Below, one piece after another: positions 19,851 to 29,863 of a DNA stretch of 64,000 nt. The stretch's first letter is position 1, and the number at the start of each line of letters is the position of its first letter. The notes below the pieces were generated by a model. The model was not told the DNA's origin. It did not search any database and saw only the letters and a list, made by a program, of their open reading frames with translations. The stretch comes from Candidatus Thorarchaeota archaeon (GTDB lineage: Archaea; Asgardarchaeota; Thorarchaeia; Thorarchaeales; Thorarchaeaceae): assembly GCA_003345545.1 (NCBI GenBank), contig PRDH01000047.1, forward strand, positions 1 through 64,000, written 5' to 3'. A program made the translations under genes and the position numbers.

Positions 19851-20448
19851 TCACCATGGTTCTGAACTGCCCAGCCAACCGAATAGGAAAGCTGAAGCAA
19901 CTTGGATTCCAATCAGGAGGTTCACCAAGAGAATAGTCGCCCCAAGAGAGGTGTTGTGAGGTTTACAAAAGCCTACCACATAGAGATACCCCACCCAGAG
20001 ACCAGATATGAGCCCAAAATACGGAATCCATCCGAACAGCAGAACTGGTGAAGCCGAGAAAACGCCAATCTTCAAAGAGTCGAGAACAGTCCCAGTTCCG
20101 CGCAATCCCTTCGCAAAGATATGGAATAGCAGACCCAGAAGGGGCAACTTCAGTACATTGCCAAAATACGTCAGGATGCCAACCCAAAAGTAGCGACTAA
20201 TCCCTGTAGATGCTTCAAGGAGAGGAGCCTGTAGGTATGCTCCCATTTGTGCATTCGTACCTGCATGAACTATATCACAAGGAATGTGGAACCAGTTTAC
20301 AATGGGAGTTAGCAATGCCAAGATTACACTCAGACTAGGAAGAAACGCAGCACGGGCCAGAATCCTTGGATCTCTCGTTCCCTTCGAACACTACATCAGG
20401 GTGCAACACCAGACTGAGAGCCTTCCGAAAATCCCCAGTAAGTTACAT
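19851..20448 (-). pseudogene. Yip1-family membrane protein, disrupted at the 5' end
   Basis: C-terminal SASPVLLFGWIPY..LW...VGF...H is typical of archaeal YIP1. GAGGTG + ATG (20448) is followed by TAA; the N-terminal FRKALSLVLHPDVVFE and GFWPVLRFFLV lie in two other frames. Confidence 0.75.
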
Positions 20449-20463
20449 GCTGGCACCTCAAGT

Positions 20464-21012
20464 CTATACCTTGGCGGCATGACGAACTCGTCGTGACTCT
20501 GCTGCTGCATGCAGGAACATCTCCGATACGTTGTAACCCGTCCGTGCGGAGGTTTCAAAGTACTCAAGCTGAAGCAGATTTGCAAGTGAGTGGCCTTCCT
20601 GTTCAGAGATGACAGCTTCGTTCTTGAGGTCAGCTTTGTTGGCTACAAGTGAACCACTGAGGAATTTGTCCCTCTGGATGCAGATCTTCTCTGTGAGAGC
20701 CTCATAGAGAGGGGTGATTCGTTTGAAGGTCTCCTTATTGGTCATATCATAGACCATGATTAGGTGATGAGCGCCTTCATAGAACCTATTCCGCAAGCCT
20801 GCAAAGGTCTCCTGACCACCAACATCGACGATGGTCAGAACGACTTTTCCTTCTGGGAAATTGAACACTATGGCGCTGAGGTCAGCAGCGACAGTTGCAG
20901 TATGGTCTTCCCTGAACTCGTTGGTCTGATAGCGTCTGACAAGACTCGATTTGCCCACACTTGGTGCGCCGACAATGATTGTCTTGTATAGCTCTGCTGC
21001 CAAGTAGTCCAC
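20464..21012 (-). CDS. Rab-like small GTPase (Ras superfamily)
   Basis: G1 GAPSVGKS, G3 DVGGQ, G4 NKAD, G5 SAR; RabF-like FYEGA and MVYDMT; no C-terminal prenylation Cys. Confidence 0.92.
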   Translation of the reverse strand: MDYLAAELYKTIIVGAPSVGKSSLVRRYQTNEFREDHTATVAADLSAIVFNFPEGKVVLTIVDVGGQETFAGLRNRFYEGAHHLIMVYDMTNKETFKRITPLYEALTEKICIQRDKFLSGSLVANKADLKNEAVISEQEGHSLANLLQLEYFETSARTGYNVSEMFLHAAAESRRVRHAAKV

Positions 21013-21126
21013 CTATTGACTAATCCCTAAGAGAAAATGTGAGTACATCACTTATCAGTATTACTAATATCCTGCAGAAACACCAATCGAAGAGTTTTAG
21101 AAGACTCGCCGGCTCACCTTGGAAGT

Positions 21127-21594
21127 ATGATTGACTTCAAAGACATCAGGAAAAGGACGACAAGTGTTAGAGGATACGTTGACGCCTTATCCGAGAAAGA
21201 CAAAGATATCATAATACAAGCATACAAGGAATACAGACTCAATGAGGTCGCGCTGAGGGAGTTGAAGGTCCTGGCAAAGGGTCTCAAGGTCGTCGTGTTT
21301 AGTGCGGCCTGGTGCGGTGACTGCAAGAGAGCTATGCCAGTCATGCTCCATCTCGAAGAGCAGACAGGGATTGATGTCATGGTATTTGGAAACATCAAGA
21401 CGGATCCTCTGAACAAGGCTGCCAAGTGGAGAGTGCCACCTTCGCCTCCAGAGATGAACAAGTGGGGAGTGACTGCAATCCCCTGGTTCGAGTTCTTTGA
21501 TGCCAAGGGAAACAAGATAGGCACTCTTATCGAGAAACCAACAGTAAAAGATACGCTCGAAGAAGAGATTGTGCACGTGCTCAAGAATAAATAG
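21127..21594 (+). CDS. Thioredoxin-family protein
   Basis: WCGDC active site and a cis-Pro-like TAIP. Confidence 0.88.
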   Translation: MIDFKDIRKRTTSVRGYVDALSEKDKDIIIQAYKEYRLNEVALRELKVLAKGLKVVVFSAAWCGDCKRAMPVMLHLEEQTGIDVMVFGNIKTDPLNKAAKWRVPPSPPEMNKWGVTAIPWFEFFDAKGNKIGTLIEKPTVKDTLEEEIVHVLKNK

Positions 21595-21648
21595 TGATGC
21601 ACCTCGTATTAGTTCATTCACACGGAGGAAAGGACTTTGGAGATTCCG

Positions 21649-22899
21649 ATGCTGTCTAAATTCGTTGAAGGTCTGAAGCTCTTCTTTTCATCGAAGAGAC
21701 TGAAGTGGTTGACACTCGTATTCGTTCTTGGAGCTGGCCTAATCGCTCTAATGGAACGTATTGTACTTCTGGTGCCTTCATCAGTGACGAATCTGCTAGC
21801 CTTGTTCGCTGGTGGCGTATTCCCGACATTCTTCATGCTCACTGCGTTCTTCTCATTGATCGGACTTGCAAGATTCGTAGCGAGTGACGAGTCGTACGCT
21901 AGATCAGTCATCTTTACGATTATGTGGATGGTAGTTAGCATTGTAGTCTTGCTACTGCTAGTCTTCGTAGTGCGAGATTTCTTCAACATCATGTTCATCG
22001 GCGTTGCTTTTCTTGGCTGGATTGGCTTCCAGTCATATTTCTCTACGCGATCCTCACTGGGGTATGCAGAGAGTGCTGCAATTCAAAGCAAATCAAAGCT
22101 GGTGGGTATCCTCTATGGATTCCTGTACATTCTGAACTATGGTTTGATTGCTGGCTCTTTCATTGTCACATCATTCATTAATCCTTCAATCCTCTTAACG
22201 GCAGCATGGTTTCTAGCCATCCTAGGAGCACTGCTTGCAGCGGGCTTCAATTTCCTGAATGGCTGGGTCCTACTAGCTGAGCGTAACAAATCAACAGCAA
22301 GCAGCATAGCATTCCTAGGTCTGTTCATTTCGTCGTACTCAGCCTATTTCATATACAATGTTTTGAAAGGATTTGATGCAGGCTTCGACCTCGTAGGAGC
22401 GGCAATCTCAATCTTCTTCCTAGTGTATACGATGAGCAGTATTGGCCGGACACTGGCCAGCCGCGCAGAGTTAGATACAAGATGGAAACTAAGCAAGGAA
22501 TTGGCTGCCACGTCCACCTTCTTCCTCGCGTCAGGCTATATGTTCACAGATGCATTGTTTACTGTGATTCTCTCTGGCACTAATCCAGCGCTAGCGGGGG
22601 TAGTCGGAGATATCGTCAAACTCATCATCTTCCCGTTCGTTGCATTCATCATGGAGTTGAACTTCATTAGGAAGTCGAGGAAGATGCCCAAGGAAGCACC
22701 TATGCCTGAGGTTCTGCCTGCTACCCCAGTTGAAGGAGAGGAGCAGCTTGAAGAGGAACCAGAGATTCCTCAACCCCAAGTTGGCAGTTCTCAAGAGATG
22801 TTACCCGAGGACTCAGAGTCCCCAGAGGATTCGGAGGCGTCATCAGCAGAGGTGCTGGAAGAGGATACAACAGAGGCATCTGAAGAGGATTCCAAGTAG
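21649..22899 (+). CDS. Polytopic membrane protein with acidic low-complexity C-terminal tail
   Basis: About 10 hydrophobic segments, then an E/P/S-rich tail; ATG 21649 follows GGAG. Confidence 0.75.
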   Translation: MLSKFVEGLKLFFSSKRLKWLTLVFVLGAGLIALMERIVLLVPSSVTNLLALFAGGVFPTFFMLTAFFSLIGLARFVASDESYARSVIFTIMWMVVSIVVLLLLVFVVRDFFNIMFIGVAFLGWIGFQSYFSTRSSLGYAESAAIQSKSKLVGILYGFLYILNYGLIAGSFIVTSFINPSILLTAAWFLAILGALLAAGFNFLNGWVLLAERNKSTASSIAFLGLFISSYSAYFIYNVLKGFDAGFDLVGAAISIFFLVYTMSSIGRTLASRAELDTRWKLSKELAATSTFFLASGYMFTDALFTVILSGTNPALAGVVGDIVKLIIFPFVAFIMELNFIRKSRKMPKEAPMPEVLPATPVEGEEQLEEEPEIPQPQVGSSQEMLPEDSESPEDSEASSAEVLEEDTTEASEEDSK

Positions 22900-23039
22900 T
22901 TGAGTGAAGATGAACACTAGCATCCATTTCTCTCCGCATATCTAAGCGAAGTTTTTTAACCCGTGAGGTTTAGTTACTGGCAATACGCGGTACACTTGAC
23001 GGTACCCGAGTTCAACAGAACATTAGCGGAGAAACTAAA

Positions 23040-23204
23040 ATGGCAAAGTATGAATGCATGGTCTGTGGCTGGATATATGACGAGGACGTGGGTGACCCCG
23101 ACAGTGGGATTGAGGCGGGGACCAAGTTTGCTGACCTGCCGGATGACTGGGTCTGCCCTATGTGTGGCGCGGCCCGTGACGACTTCCAGTTACTAGAAGA
23201 GTGA
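23040..23204 (+). CDS. rub: Rubredoxin (54 aa, absent from the ORF track)
   Basis: [54 protein letters not shown], preceded by GGAG. Confidence 0.97.
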   Translation: MAKYECMVCGWIYDEDVGDPDSGIEAGTKFADLPDDWVCPMCGAARDDFQLLEE

Positions 23205-23599
23205 TTCTATCGGTAATTCAGGCAAGGGTTTCGTTTTGAAGCTCCTTGTCATCGTTTCCTTTTTCTGAGAAGTGGTTGTCTAGTCTAGCTCGTTTTCTCA
23301 CATCATTTGGAGGAGCCTTTCTCCACCACATTTCTACATCCTTTTGCGAACGAGTGTGAGCCTCCCAATGTGCAGAAACACGACCAGATGTGCTGTAGTA
23401 TCTGACGTAACACAAATGCCGTCCTGTGTTGATTCCCAGATTACTGCACAATCTCTGTTCATCGAGTTGGAGTGCGTTCTTATGGGATCTAGCAATGGTA
23501 TCTAGTTTCGAGGCGAGGTGTGCTACTGACGAGTCCTTCGATTTCTTGCTGAGAACTGCAATGTTATTATAATGTAAGAAAGTACTTGCAGCGACTCAT

Positions 23600-24526
23600 A
23601 TGAGGATTCATGACTGTTTCCCCAGGACCAGAATTGTGGCTCTATTTGTCTTCCTGTTATCATTCTCTTTGGTTCTTGCCATACCTAATGTTGGCAGAGC
23701 TGTGCCGGAAACGTTAGCTGATTCGGATCTGCATAATGTCAATGTCGCCATATACTTTGGTGATGGGTCTCTTGGATCTTCTGTCATGGCTCTTAAGTAC
23801 ATGTTTCTGTGGATGAATGCGACAGTTGAACTCATCGACGGAGCTCAAATCAGAAATGGTACATTGGACACCTATGATATCCTTGCGTTTCCAGGAGGCT
23901 CAGCGACTTCCTATGTAGGTGACCTAGAGGCTGAGGGCCTCGATATTGTTCGCGAGTTTGTCAGAGATGGCGGTTCTTACTTTGGAATCTGCGGAGGGGC
24001 GATGTTCGCCACAAATGCTGCCCTTGGCTTGTTCAATGGGTCATATAGCAGTCCAATCAGTGGAATAGATACATACCTCACTGAGATGTTCGTGAATCGC
24101 AACTCTACAGGACCGGATTTGTCGTCAGAACCTGATTCGTATCAGACAATGTACTGGGGCTCAGCGTATTTCTATAGTGATGATATGTCTGGTGTTATTC
24201 CAATTGCGAACTACTCTCTCAATAATAGACCCGGCATGATAGCTCTCACTTACGGTCAAGGCACCGTGTTCCTCTCCAGCCCTCATCCTGAATATGAAGA
24301 GGGTGACAACAGAGATGGCACCAATTACTGCGATTACCTGAGTGATCCTGACTCGGAATGGCCCTTGCTCTTGAGAGTATCTTGTTGGTTGGTCAATGCT
24401 TCGAGTAACGAGAATACAGATTCAGGAATCGCGTTTCCAGAATACATCACGTTGCTCGTTCTTGGAAGCGCAGGACTTCTTGGCCTTGGTCTTGTCATTT
24501 ATCTCACTAGATTCAGAAAATCGTAG
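23600..24526 (+). CDS. Secreted/anchored BPL-N (class I glutamine amidotransferase-like) domain protein
   Basis: Signal peptide; FPGG, GGSYFGICGGA, SPHPE triad; C-terminal TM anchor. Confidence 0.85.
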   Translation: MRIHDCFPRTRIVALFVFLLSFSLVLAIPNVGRAVPETLADSDLHNVNVAIYFGDGSLGSSVMALKYMFLWMNATVELIDGAQIRNGTLDTYDILAFPGGSATSYVGDLEAEGLDIVREFVRDGGSYFGICGGAMFATNAALGLFNGSYSSPISGIDTYLTEMFVNRNSTGPDLSSEPDSYQTMYWGSAYFYSDDMSGVIPIANYSLNNRPGMIALTYGQGTVFLSSPHPEYEEGDNRDGTNYCDYLSDPDSEWPLLLRVSCWLVNASSNENTDSGIAFPEYITLLVLGSAGLLGLGLVIYLTRFRKS

Positions 24527-24584
24527 TCAACATCTGACTAGAAACAGGAGCCATTTGCCCGGCTTACAAGCTCAAGACATATGT

Positions 24585-26480
24585 TCACTTACGTTTTCTG
24601 AAGGCGTATATGTGGCCTATTCCTAGCGTGACTGCAGAGTATACTGCAAAGGCTATTGCTGAGAGGAGGATGAAGAAATACATCAGTGGCACAGTGACAT
24701 CCTGTGCATGCCAGGGCAATCCATTTCCATTGAAGACGATGATAAGCGAGACGCTCAATAGATAGAGAATGGCTGTGGAAGCAATGAATCCCTTGGCAGA
24801 AGTCATCACCTCAGATTGATCCTGCTTTTTAGCAACGTACCTCTGTATAAGAAGGAGAACAGCCACAGCGGTCACGAACGGGACGAGTACAATAGCAAAC
24901 AGGCGGAGGAAGAGCTCGTCAAAATAGGCGGCCAGATAGCTTGCTGAGAACTGCCATCCAGAGAGCACTGTTGTTATTGGCAATATGATAAGGTAGACAG
25001 ACATCGGTAGAGCAATCATGACCGCTCTCTGTCGTACGGGAACTGCTTCGACTAACACACGCCTTGCTCTTCTAGATACGATGATCACACCGCCTATCAT
25101 ACAGCCTGAAAGAAGTAGGACGGCAAGACGAATAGCCGTTTCTTCACTAATCTTGGAATACAATGAGAACTGAAGAATCATGATAGAGGATTCCTCCGCT
25201 GCCATAGCAGCATCAATCGCCTGCTCATAGAGTCCGGCTGAGAAATTGCTCTCTGCCTGTGACAGCAGGCTACCTGCAGCGTCAATGTCTGATGCCAGCA
25301 TTTCGGCATGGCCCATCACCTGCGCACGTGCCTTGCCCTGTTCAAGACGCAGCGACGCCTGATTGATTCTATAGATAGATTCTTCCCGCAAGGATAGATT
25401 GAGGCTATCAAAAAGGACACTTCCGGACGCATCATAGGGTATCTCCCAGCCCATGACAACAGCGGCTGTAGGAGCAATGGAGTTCTGATGATGAGAGTCG
25501 GAGTAGATACCAGGAACGACGCGTGGGCCTCTCATGAGAAGTGGAGTGTGTAGAACCTCTGGTTCTATTCCTCCATGCTCGCCTCCCTTGCCAGGGAAGT
25601 CCGTCTGCCCATGGTCTGATGTCACCATGACAAGGGTTGAATTGAGGATTCCCAGGGCATCGTAGGCAGAGAGTATCTCACCGATATAAGCGTCCTGTCG
25701 TTCTATAGCCGCTCTGTAGGAATCAGATAGCGATCCATTCTCATGTCCGATTTCATCAGTTTCGCAGAAGTGTACGACAGTGAATGTTGGCAAATGAGTA
25801 GTGACCAGCTCGACGGCGTAGGCCGATATGAGCCCATCGCTATAGGCTGGCAGTTCCTGCTCGATTGGAGCGTAGCCCGAAGTTGTGTTCACGACGAGGG
25901 TTTCTTCTCCCGGGACACTTTCGGAGAATGTAATTGAGTAGTTCATCCACTCTCCAAAGAGCTCGTGCCATGTTTCGCTGCCCACAAATGCGGTTGTCCC
26001 GTCATGTCGAAGTGTGGACCTCCACAGAGAATCTGCTGTGAACGGACCAGTATGCTCATTGGCGATAACCTGACTCTCGGAAGTGTTCACACCTGAGGGA
26101 ATCACTCCATAGCCAGCTCTGCTGACACTGATAAGAGTAGAGCATTGTATATCTGTCAGATTCGCCCAGCTGCCAAAGTAGTCTAGACTTGGTTTATCAA
26201 TTGCGTAGAATACATCAGCTCTCACTCCGTCTAGGACAATGATCAGAGTGTGGTTAGCCTTGGGGCTGATGTCGGCATCTATCAGGGTAATTGGTCCGGT
26301 TGGGACATACGTGTAGGGATTGGAGTAGTTGAAGTAGTTGAGTAGTCCGACGACTAGGAGTCCGGTGCTAGCAAGCGAGAGAATGACGAGAGCAGCTGCT
26401 GCAGAACGTGCCGACGACATGATGTTGGGCATCACCGCGTTTTCCCGTGATACAACTCTTGGAGATTTGCTGGGCTTCAC
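24585..26480 (-). CDS. Alkaline phosphatase superfamily membrane protein (phosphodiesterase / phosphoethanolamine-transferase-like)
   Basis: N-terminal TM; LDGVRAD, DEIGH, TSDHG, EHGG, IAPT; about 5 C-terminal TM helices. Confidence 0.8.
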   Translation of the reverse strand: MKPSKSPRVVSRENAVMPNIMSSARSAAAALVILSLASTGLLVVGLLNYFNYSNPYTYVPTGPITLIDADISPKANHTLIIVLDGVRADVFYAIDKPSLDYFGSWANLTDIQCSTLISVSRAGYGVIPSGVNTSESQVIANEHTGPFTADSLWRSTLRHDGTTAFVGSETWHELFGEWMNYSITFSESVPGEETLVVNTTSGYAPIEQELPAYSDGLISAYAVELVTTHLPTFTVVHFCETDEIGHENGSLSDSYRAAIERQDAYIGEILSAYDALGILNSTLVMVTSDHGQTDFPGKGGEHGGIEPEVLHTPLLMRGPRVVPGIYSDSHHQNSIAPTAAVVMGWEIPYDASGSVLFDSLNLSLREESIYRINQASLRLEQGKARAQVMGHAEMLASDIDAAGSLLSQAESNFSAGLYEQAIDAAMAAEESSIMILQFSLYSKISEETAIRLAVLLLSGCMIGGVIIVSRRARRVLVEAVPVRQRAVMIALPMSVYLIILPITTVLSGWQFSASYLAAYFDELFLRLFAIVLVPFVTAVAVLLLIQRYVAKKQDQSEVMTSAKGFIASTAILYLLSVSLIIVFNGNGLPWHAQDVTVPLMYFFILLSAIAFAVYSAVTLGIGHIYAFRKRK

Positions 26481-26700
26481 TCAGCAGCATTCGGAGTATT
26501 GACCTTTACGGAATCTCAGAAGGGGCCCACTAGGATGATATTATTTAATGACGAAACCCCTCATCTCTCTAGGATACTATTGATTCGCTTGCGAATAGGA
26601 ATGAAATTACTATCGACTGATATTCATTCGTTGGATATGAAAAGAACACCAAGAAATACCATTTCTCAATCCTTATGTGCGAATTCGCCAAGTCTGACTG

Positions 26701-27366
26701 ATGTGCGGCCGTTTCTCCATGTTCTCTGACATCAAGGCACTTAGGGACAGGTTCAAGATAGAGGAGATACTCAAGGCTCCAGAGCCAAGATACAACATTG
26801 CACCGGCTCAGAAGATAAGTGTCATAGTTCAGCAAGAAAAAAGGAAACTCACAGAGATGAAGTGGGGACTGGTCCCCTCCTGGGCGAAGGACTCTAGGAT
26901 GGGCAATAGTCTAATCAATGCTCGGGCGGAAACAGTCGCCACGAAGCCCGCGTTCAGGAACGCGTTCAAGAGACGCAGATGTCTCATTCTTGCAGACAGC
27001 TTCTTCGAGTGGCAGAAGAGTGGAGAAATCAAGACTCCAATTCTCATTCGACTAAAGTCCGAGCAGCCCTTTGCAATGGCAGGGCTCTATGAGTACTGGA
27101 AGATGAAGTCCGGCAAGACCCTAGAGAGCTGTGCTATAGTGACAACAGCGGCGAATACCTTCATGAAGCCTATTCATGATAGGATGCCTGTCATCCTCAG
27201 ACCGGAGAATGAGGATAGATGGCTCGACCCTGAGCTACAGGAAACCGCACAGATTGCTGCCCTGCTGGAACCAGTTGAATCTGGCCTCCTTGAGTCATTT
27301 GAAGTATCCACGTATGTGAACTCCCCAAAGAATCGTGACTCTGTGGTCATTCGACCAATACATTGA
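26701..27366 (+). CDS. SRAP/HMCES (YedK) abasic-site processing protein
   Basis: MCGRF N-terminus, RYNIAP, WGLVP, INARAET, FFEW, HDRMPVIL. Confidence 0.96.
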   Translation: MCGRFSMFSDIKALRDRFKIEEILKAPEPRYNIAPAQKISVIVQQEKRKLTEMKWGLVPSWAKDSRMGNSLINARAETVATKPAFRNAFKRRRCLILADSFFEWQKSGEIKTPILIRLKSEQPFAMAGLYEYWKMKSGKTLESCAIVTTAANTFMKPIHDRMPVILRPENEDRWLDPELQETAQIAALLEPVESGLLESFEVSTYVNSPKNRDSVVIRPIH

Positions 27367-27469
27367 CGAATTAAGCAGACTGTCCCAGTTCCTCTTCCAG
27401 CCTTTTTCTTGCGATCCTTCTTCATGCTATGGCAGAAGTGAGTCGGGGTTAGGAATTTAAGCGGCCTAG

Positions 27470-28474
27470 ATGTCACTATTCTTTATGCAACCGAAATGGG
27501 CATCCCTTCTCGAATATGACCCATTGGCGCACCTGCAATCCGTCAGCAATCCCGCGATTCAATTCTTCGTCCAGAGAGACTTGTTGGACAATCGAGACCT
27601 GTCAGTCGAAAAGCTCTGGACCCTTCCCGGTGCGGAGAAGGTCCTGCGAAGGCAGCAACCGAACGGCTCATGGCCGGACAAGAACAAGAAGAAGCACGCT
27701 AACTCGCCCACGAATTATGCAGTACTCGAGACCTACAGGTCGCTCCGCGTCTTGGTCGAGTGTTATGGGCTGAACAAAAAGCATCCCGCAATCCAGAAGG
27801 CGGCTGAATTCTTGTTCAGTACTCAGACGTCCTATGGCGACTTTCGAGGCATTTATGGCACACAGTTCACAACGAACTACTCGGGAGGGATACTGGAGTT
27901 CCTCGTGAAGGCGGGTTATGACAGCGACGCCCGCATAGATAGGGCCTTCAAGTGGTTCATGTCAGTCCAGCAAGATGACGGCGGCTGGCTGCTCCCGGTC
28001 CAGGTGGCGGGCCTAAGTAGTCTAGCGAGTGATGATTGGATGCAGCAACCCACCGAGGTCGCATTCGACCCCACGCTGCCTTCTTCCCACATGGTGGCAG
28101 GCATCGTAATTCGGGCCTTTGCGAACCATCCCAAGTACCGGCAGACACCCGAAGCGCGCAAGGCTGCAGATTTCTTGGTTTCTCGCATCTTCAAATCAGA
28201 CAAATACACTTTTCGTCAGCACAAGAGCTACTGGACCAAGTATACCTTCCCTTTTTGGTGGAATGACCTCATTGGGTGCCTGGATGCGCTTTCCCTGATG
28301 CATTATCCTGTGGACACACCCGGTGTGCAAGGTGCATTGCACCATTTCAGGACAACCCAGCTCCCAAACGGATCATGGCGACTCGACCTGCTCGCCGCGA
28401 AGACGATTCCGGACATCACCTCGTGGTTTGACCTCATGATTAGCCGAATCTTCAAGCGGTTCTATGGGAACTAG
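27470..28474 (+). CDS. Prenyltransferase/squalene-oxidase-repeat (alpha/alpha toroid) protein
   Basis: QW-type repeats QQPNGSW, QTSYGDF, QQDDGGW, QLPNGSW. Confidence 0.75.
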   Translation: MSLFFMQPKWASLLEYDPLAHLQSVSNPAIQFFVQRDLLDNRDLSVEKLWTLPGAEKVLRRQQPNGSWPDKNKKKHANSPTNYAVLETYRSLRVLVECYGLNKKHPAIQKAAEFLFSTQTSYGDFRGIYGTQFTTNYSGGILEFLVKAGYDSDARIDRAFKWFMSVQQDDGGWLLPVQVAGLSSLASDDWMQQPTEVAFDPTLPSSHMVAGIVIRAFANHPKYRQTPEARKAADFLVSRIFKSDKYTFRQHKSYWTKYTFPFWWNDLIGCLDALSLMHYPVDTPGVQGALHHFRTTQLPNGSWRLDLLAAKTIPDITSWFDLMISRIFKRFYGN

Positions 28475-28621
28475 AGTATCATGCAGCACACTTGGACAGA
28501 AAAGGTCCGCGACATGTTCAACATTCATCATCAGAGAACTACCAATGTAATGCACAGCATGAAGCCATGCGAAAGCTAATCCAAACTGGGCCGGGCTAAT
28601 CTACGATCATCAGGCCAGAAA

Positions 28622-28915
28622 CTATCGTCTATGAGGGCTGTACTTCAACTCCATGCCACCATCGATTAGACGCATGTTGTAGGGAAACAGTCCGACTCTG
28701 TCTCCGTCCCTCATGTACTCGGACTGACGGACTACTGTGCCATTGATGAAGCAGTCTCCAATGTCTGACATCTTAAGTCCTAGTCTACCAATGAGCTGAC
28801 GGAAATCCTCACCTTCTCTGAAATCAAGACATAGAATTGTATCCTCGTCCACTCGACTTCCTGGAACCATTTCCCTCAGAATTCCATAGAGGTGGATCTC
28901 AATCATAACCTGCAA
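28622..28915 (-). CDS. MoaD/ThiS/SAMP-like ubiquitin-fold protein with internal GG and C-terminal extension
   Basis: IEIHLYGILRE...FING...DGDRVGLFP, then YNMRLIDGG-MELKYSPHRR. Confidence 0.8.
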   Translation of the reverse strand: MQVMIEIHLYGILREMVPGSRVDEDTILCLDFREGEDFRQLIGRLGLKMSDIGDCFINGTVVRQSEYMRDGDRVGLFPYNMRLIDGGMELKYSPHRR

Positions 28916-29059
28916 ATGCTATCAATCTCAAATAAACATTGTAGAACCTCTTCAGATTTCTCAATAGGGCTAATCACACCCTACATTCACCATGTTTCAT
29001 TGAGCGGCAATTCGAAGCCTTCATTAGCGGACGACCTCACGCTCGCCTTGTGACTGTCT

Positions 29060-29863
29060 ATGTCAAAGGAAAGAAACCGCCAGTCTTGGGACACCCTCAG
29101 CAAGTGCTACCAGTCCGAACACATCATATCCCTCGAGGATGTGCACTACGGGCCGCATGCTCCTGGAGAGAGGAGCTTAGGTCTGATTGGAAATGTGAGA
29201 GGTCTGGATGTGCTCGAGATTGGCTGCGGGGGAGGCCAGAACTCCATAGTCTTGATGAAGTGGGGGGCAAAAAGCGCAACGGGCATTGACCAGTCAGAAG
29301 CCCAGCTAGAGTACGCCAGGAAGTTGGCTCAGAAGGAAAAAGTCGTTGTTAGTTTTCTGCAAGCAGACATGGAGGATTTGCATGTCTTTCGAAACTCGAC
29401 ATTTGATTTAGTTGTGTCCTCACATGCATTTGACTACGCTGAGAATCTGGACCGAGTCTTTCAAGAAACTGCGCGAGTGCTTCGGAAAGGAGGCCGATTC
29501 GTCTTCTGCATGCTCAACCCAATCTGGAGAGTGGTTGGGACAGCATTGGAGAGCGAAGACCTTGCGAAGGTTCAAGCATACTTCGGGGAAGAAGCAGAGA
29601 AATGGTCATGGGCAACGTCGGATGGACAATCCATAGGTGCGTTTGAAACAGTTCCTTGGCGCTTCGAACAAATCATCAATGGTGTCATCCAATCAGGCCT
29701 GCGTATTGATCGCGTTGTTGAACCTCGTGGATACAACGGGAATGAGGCAGAGGAGATTGGCGTGGAATCAATACCATATCGGGATGCATATCCTAGTGAG
29801 AAGTTCCTCGCTCTCATACGACGAATACCATTCACAATAATCATTTCCGCCAAGAAGAGCTAG
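29060..29863 (+). CDS. Class I SAM-dependent methyltransferase
   Basis: VLEIGCGGG, GIDQS, FDLVVS, RVLRKGG. Confidence 0.92.
   Translation: MSKERNRQSWDTLSKCYQSEHIISLEDVHYGPHAPGERSLGLIGNVRGLDVLEIGCGGGQNSIVLMKWGAKSATGIDQSEAQLEYARKLAQKEKVVVSFLQADMEDLHVFRNSTFDLVVSSHAFDYAENLDRVFQETARVLRKGGRFVFCMLNPIWRVVGTALESEDLAKVQAYFGEEAEKWSWATSDGQSIGAFETVPWRFEQIINGVIQSGLRIDRVVEPRGYNGNEAEEIGVESIPYRDAYPSEKFLALIRRIPFTIIISAKKS

Noticed and set aside
23218-23600. Long stop-free minus-strand frame (includes the listed 77-aa ORF)
   Set aside because: No SD/start pairing, no recognisable motif and no match to any gene in the window; left unassigned.
28530-28615. Possible C/D box sRNA (TGATGA...CTGA on the minus strand)
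   Set aside because: No convincing internal D'/C' boxes and atypical spacing.
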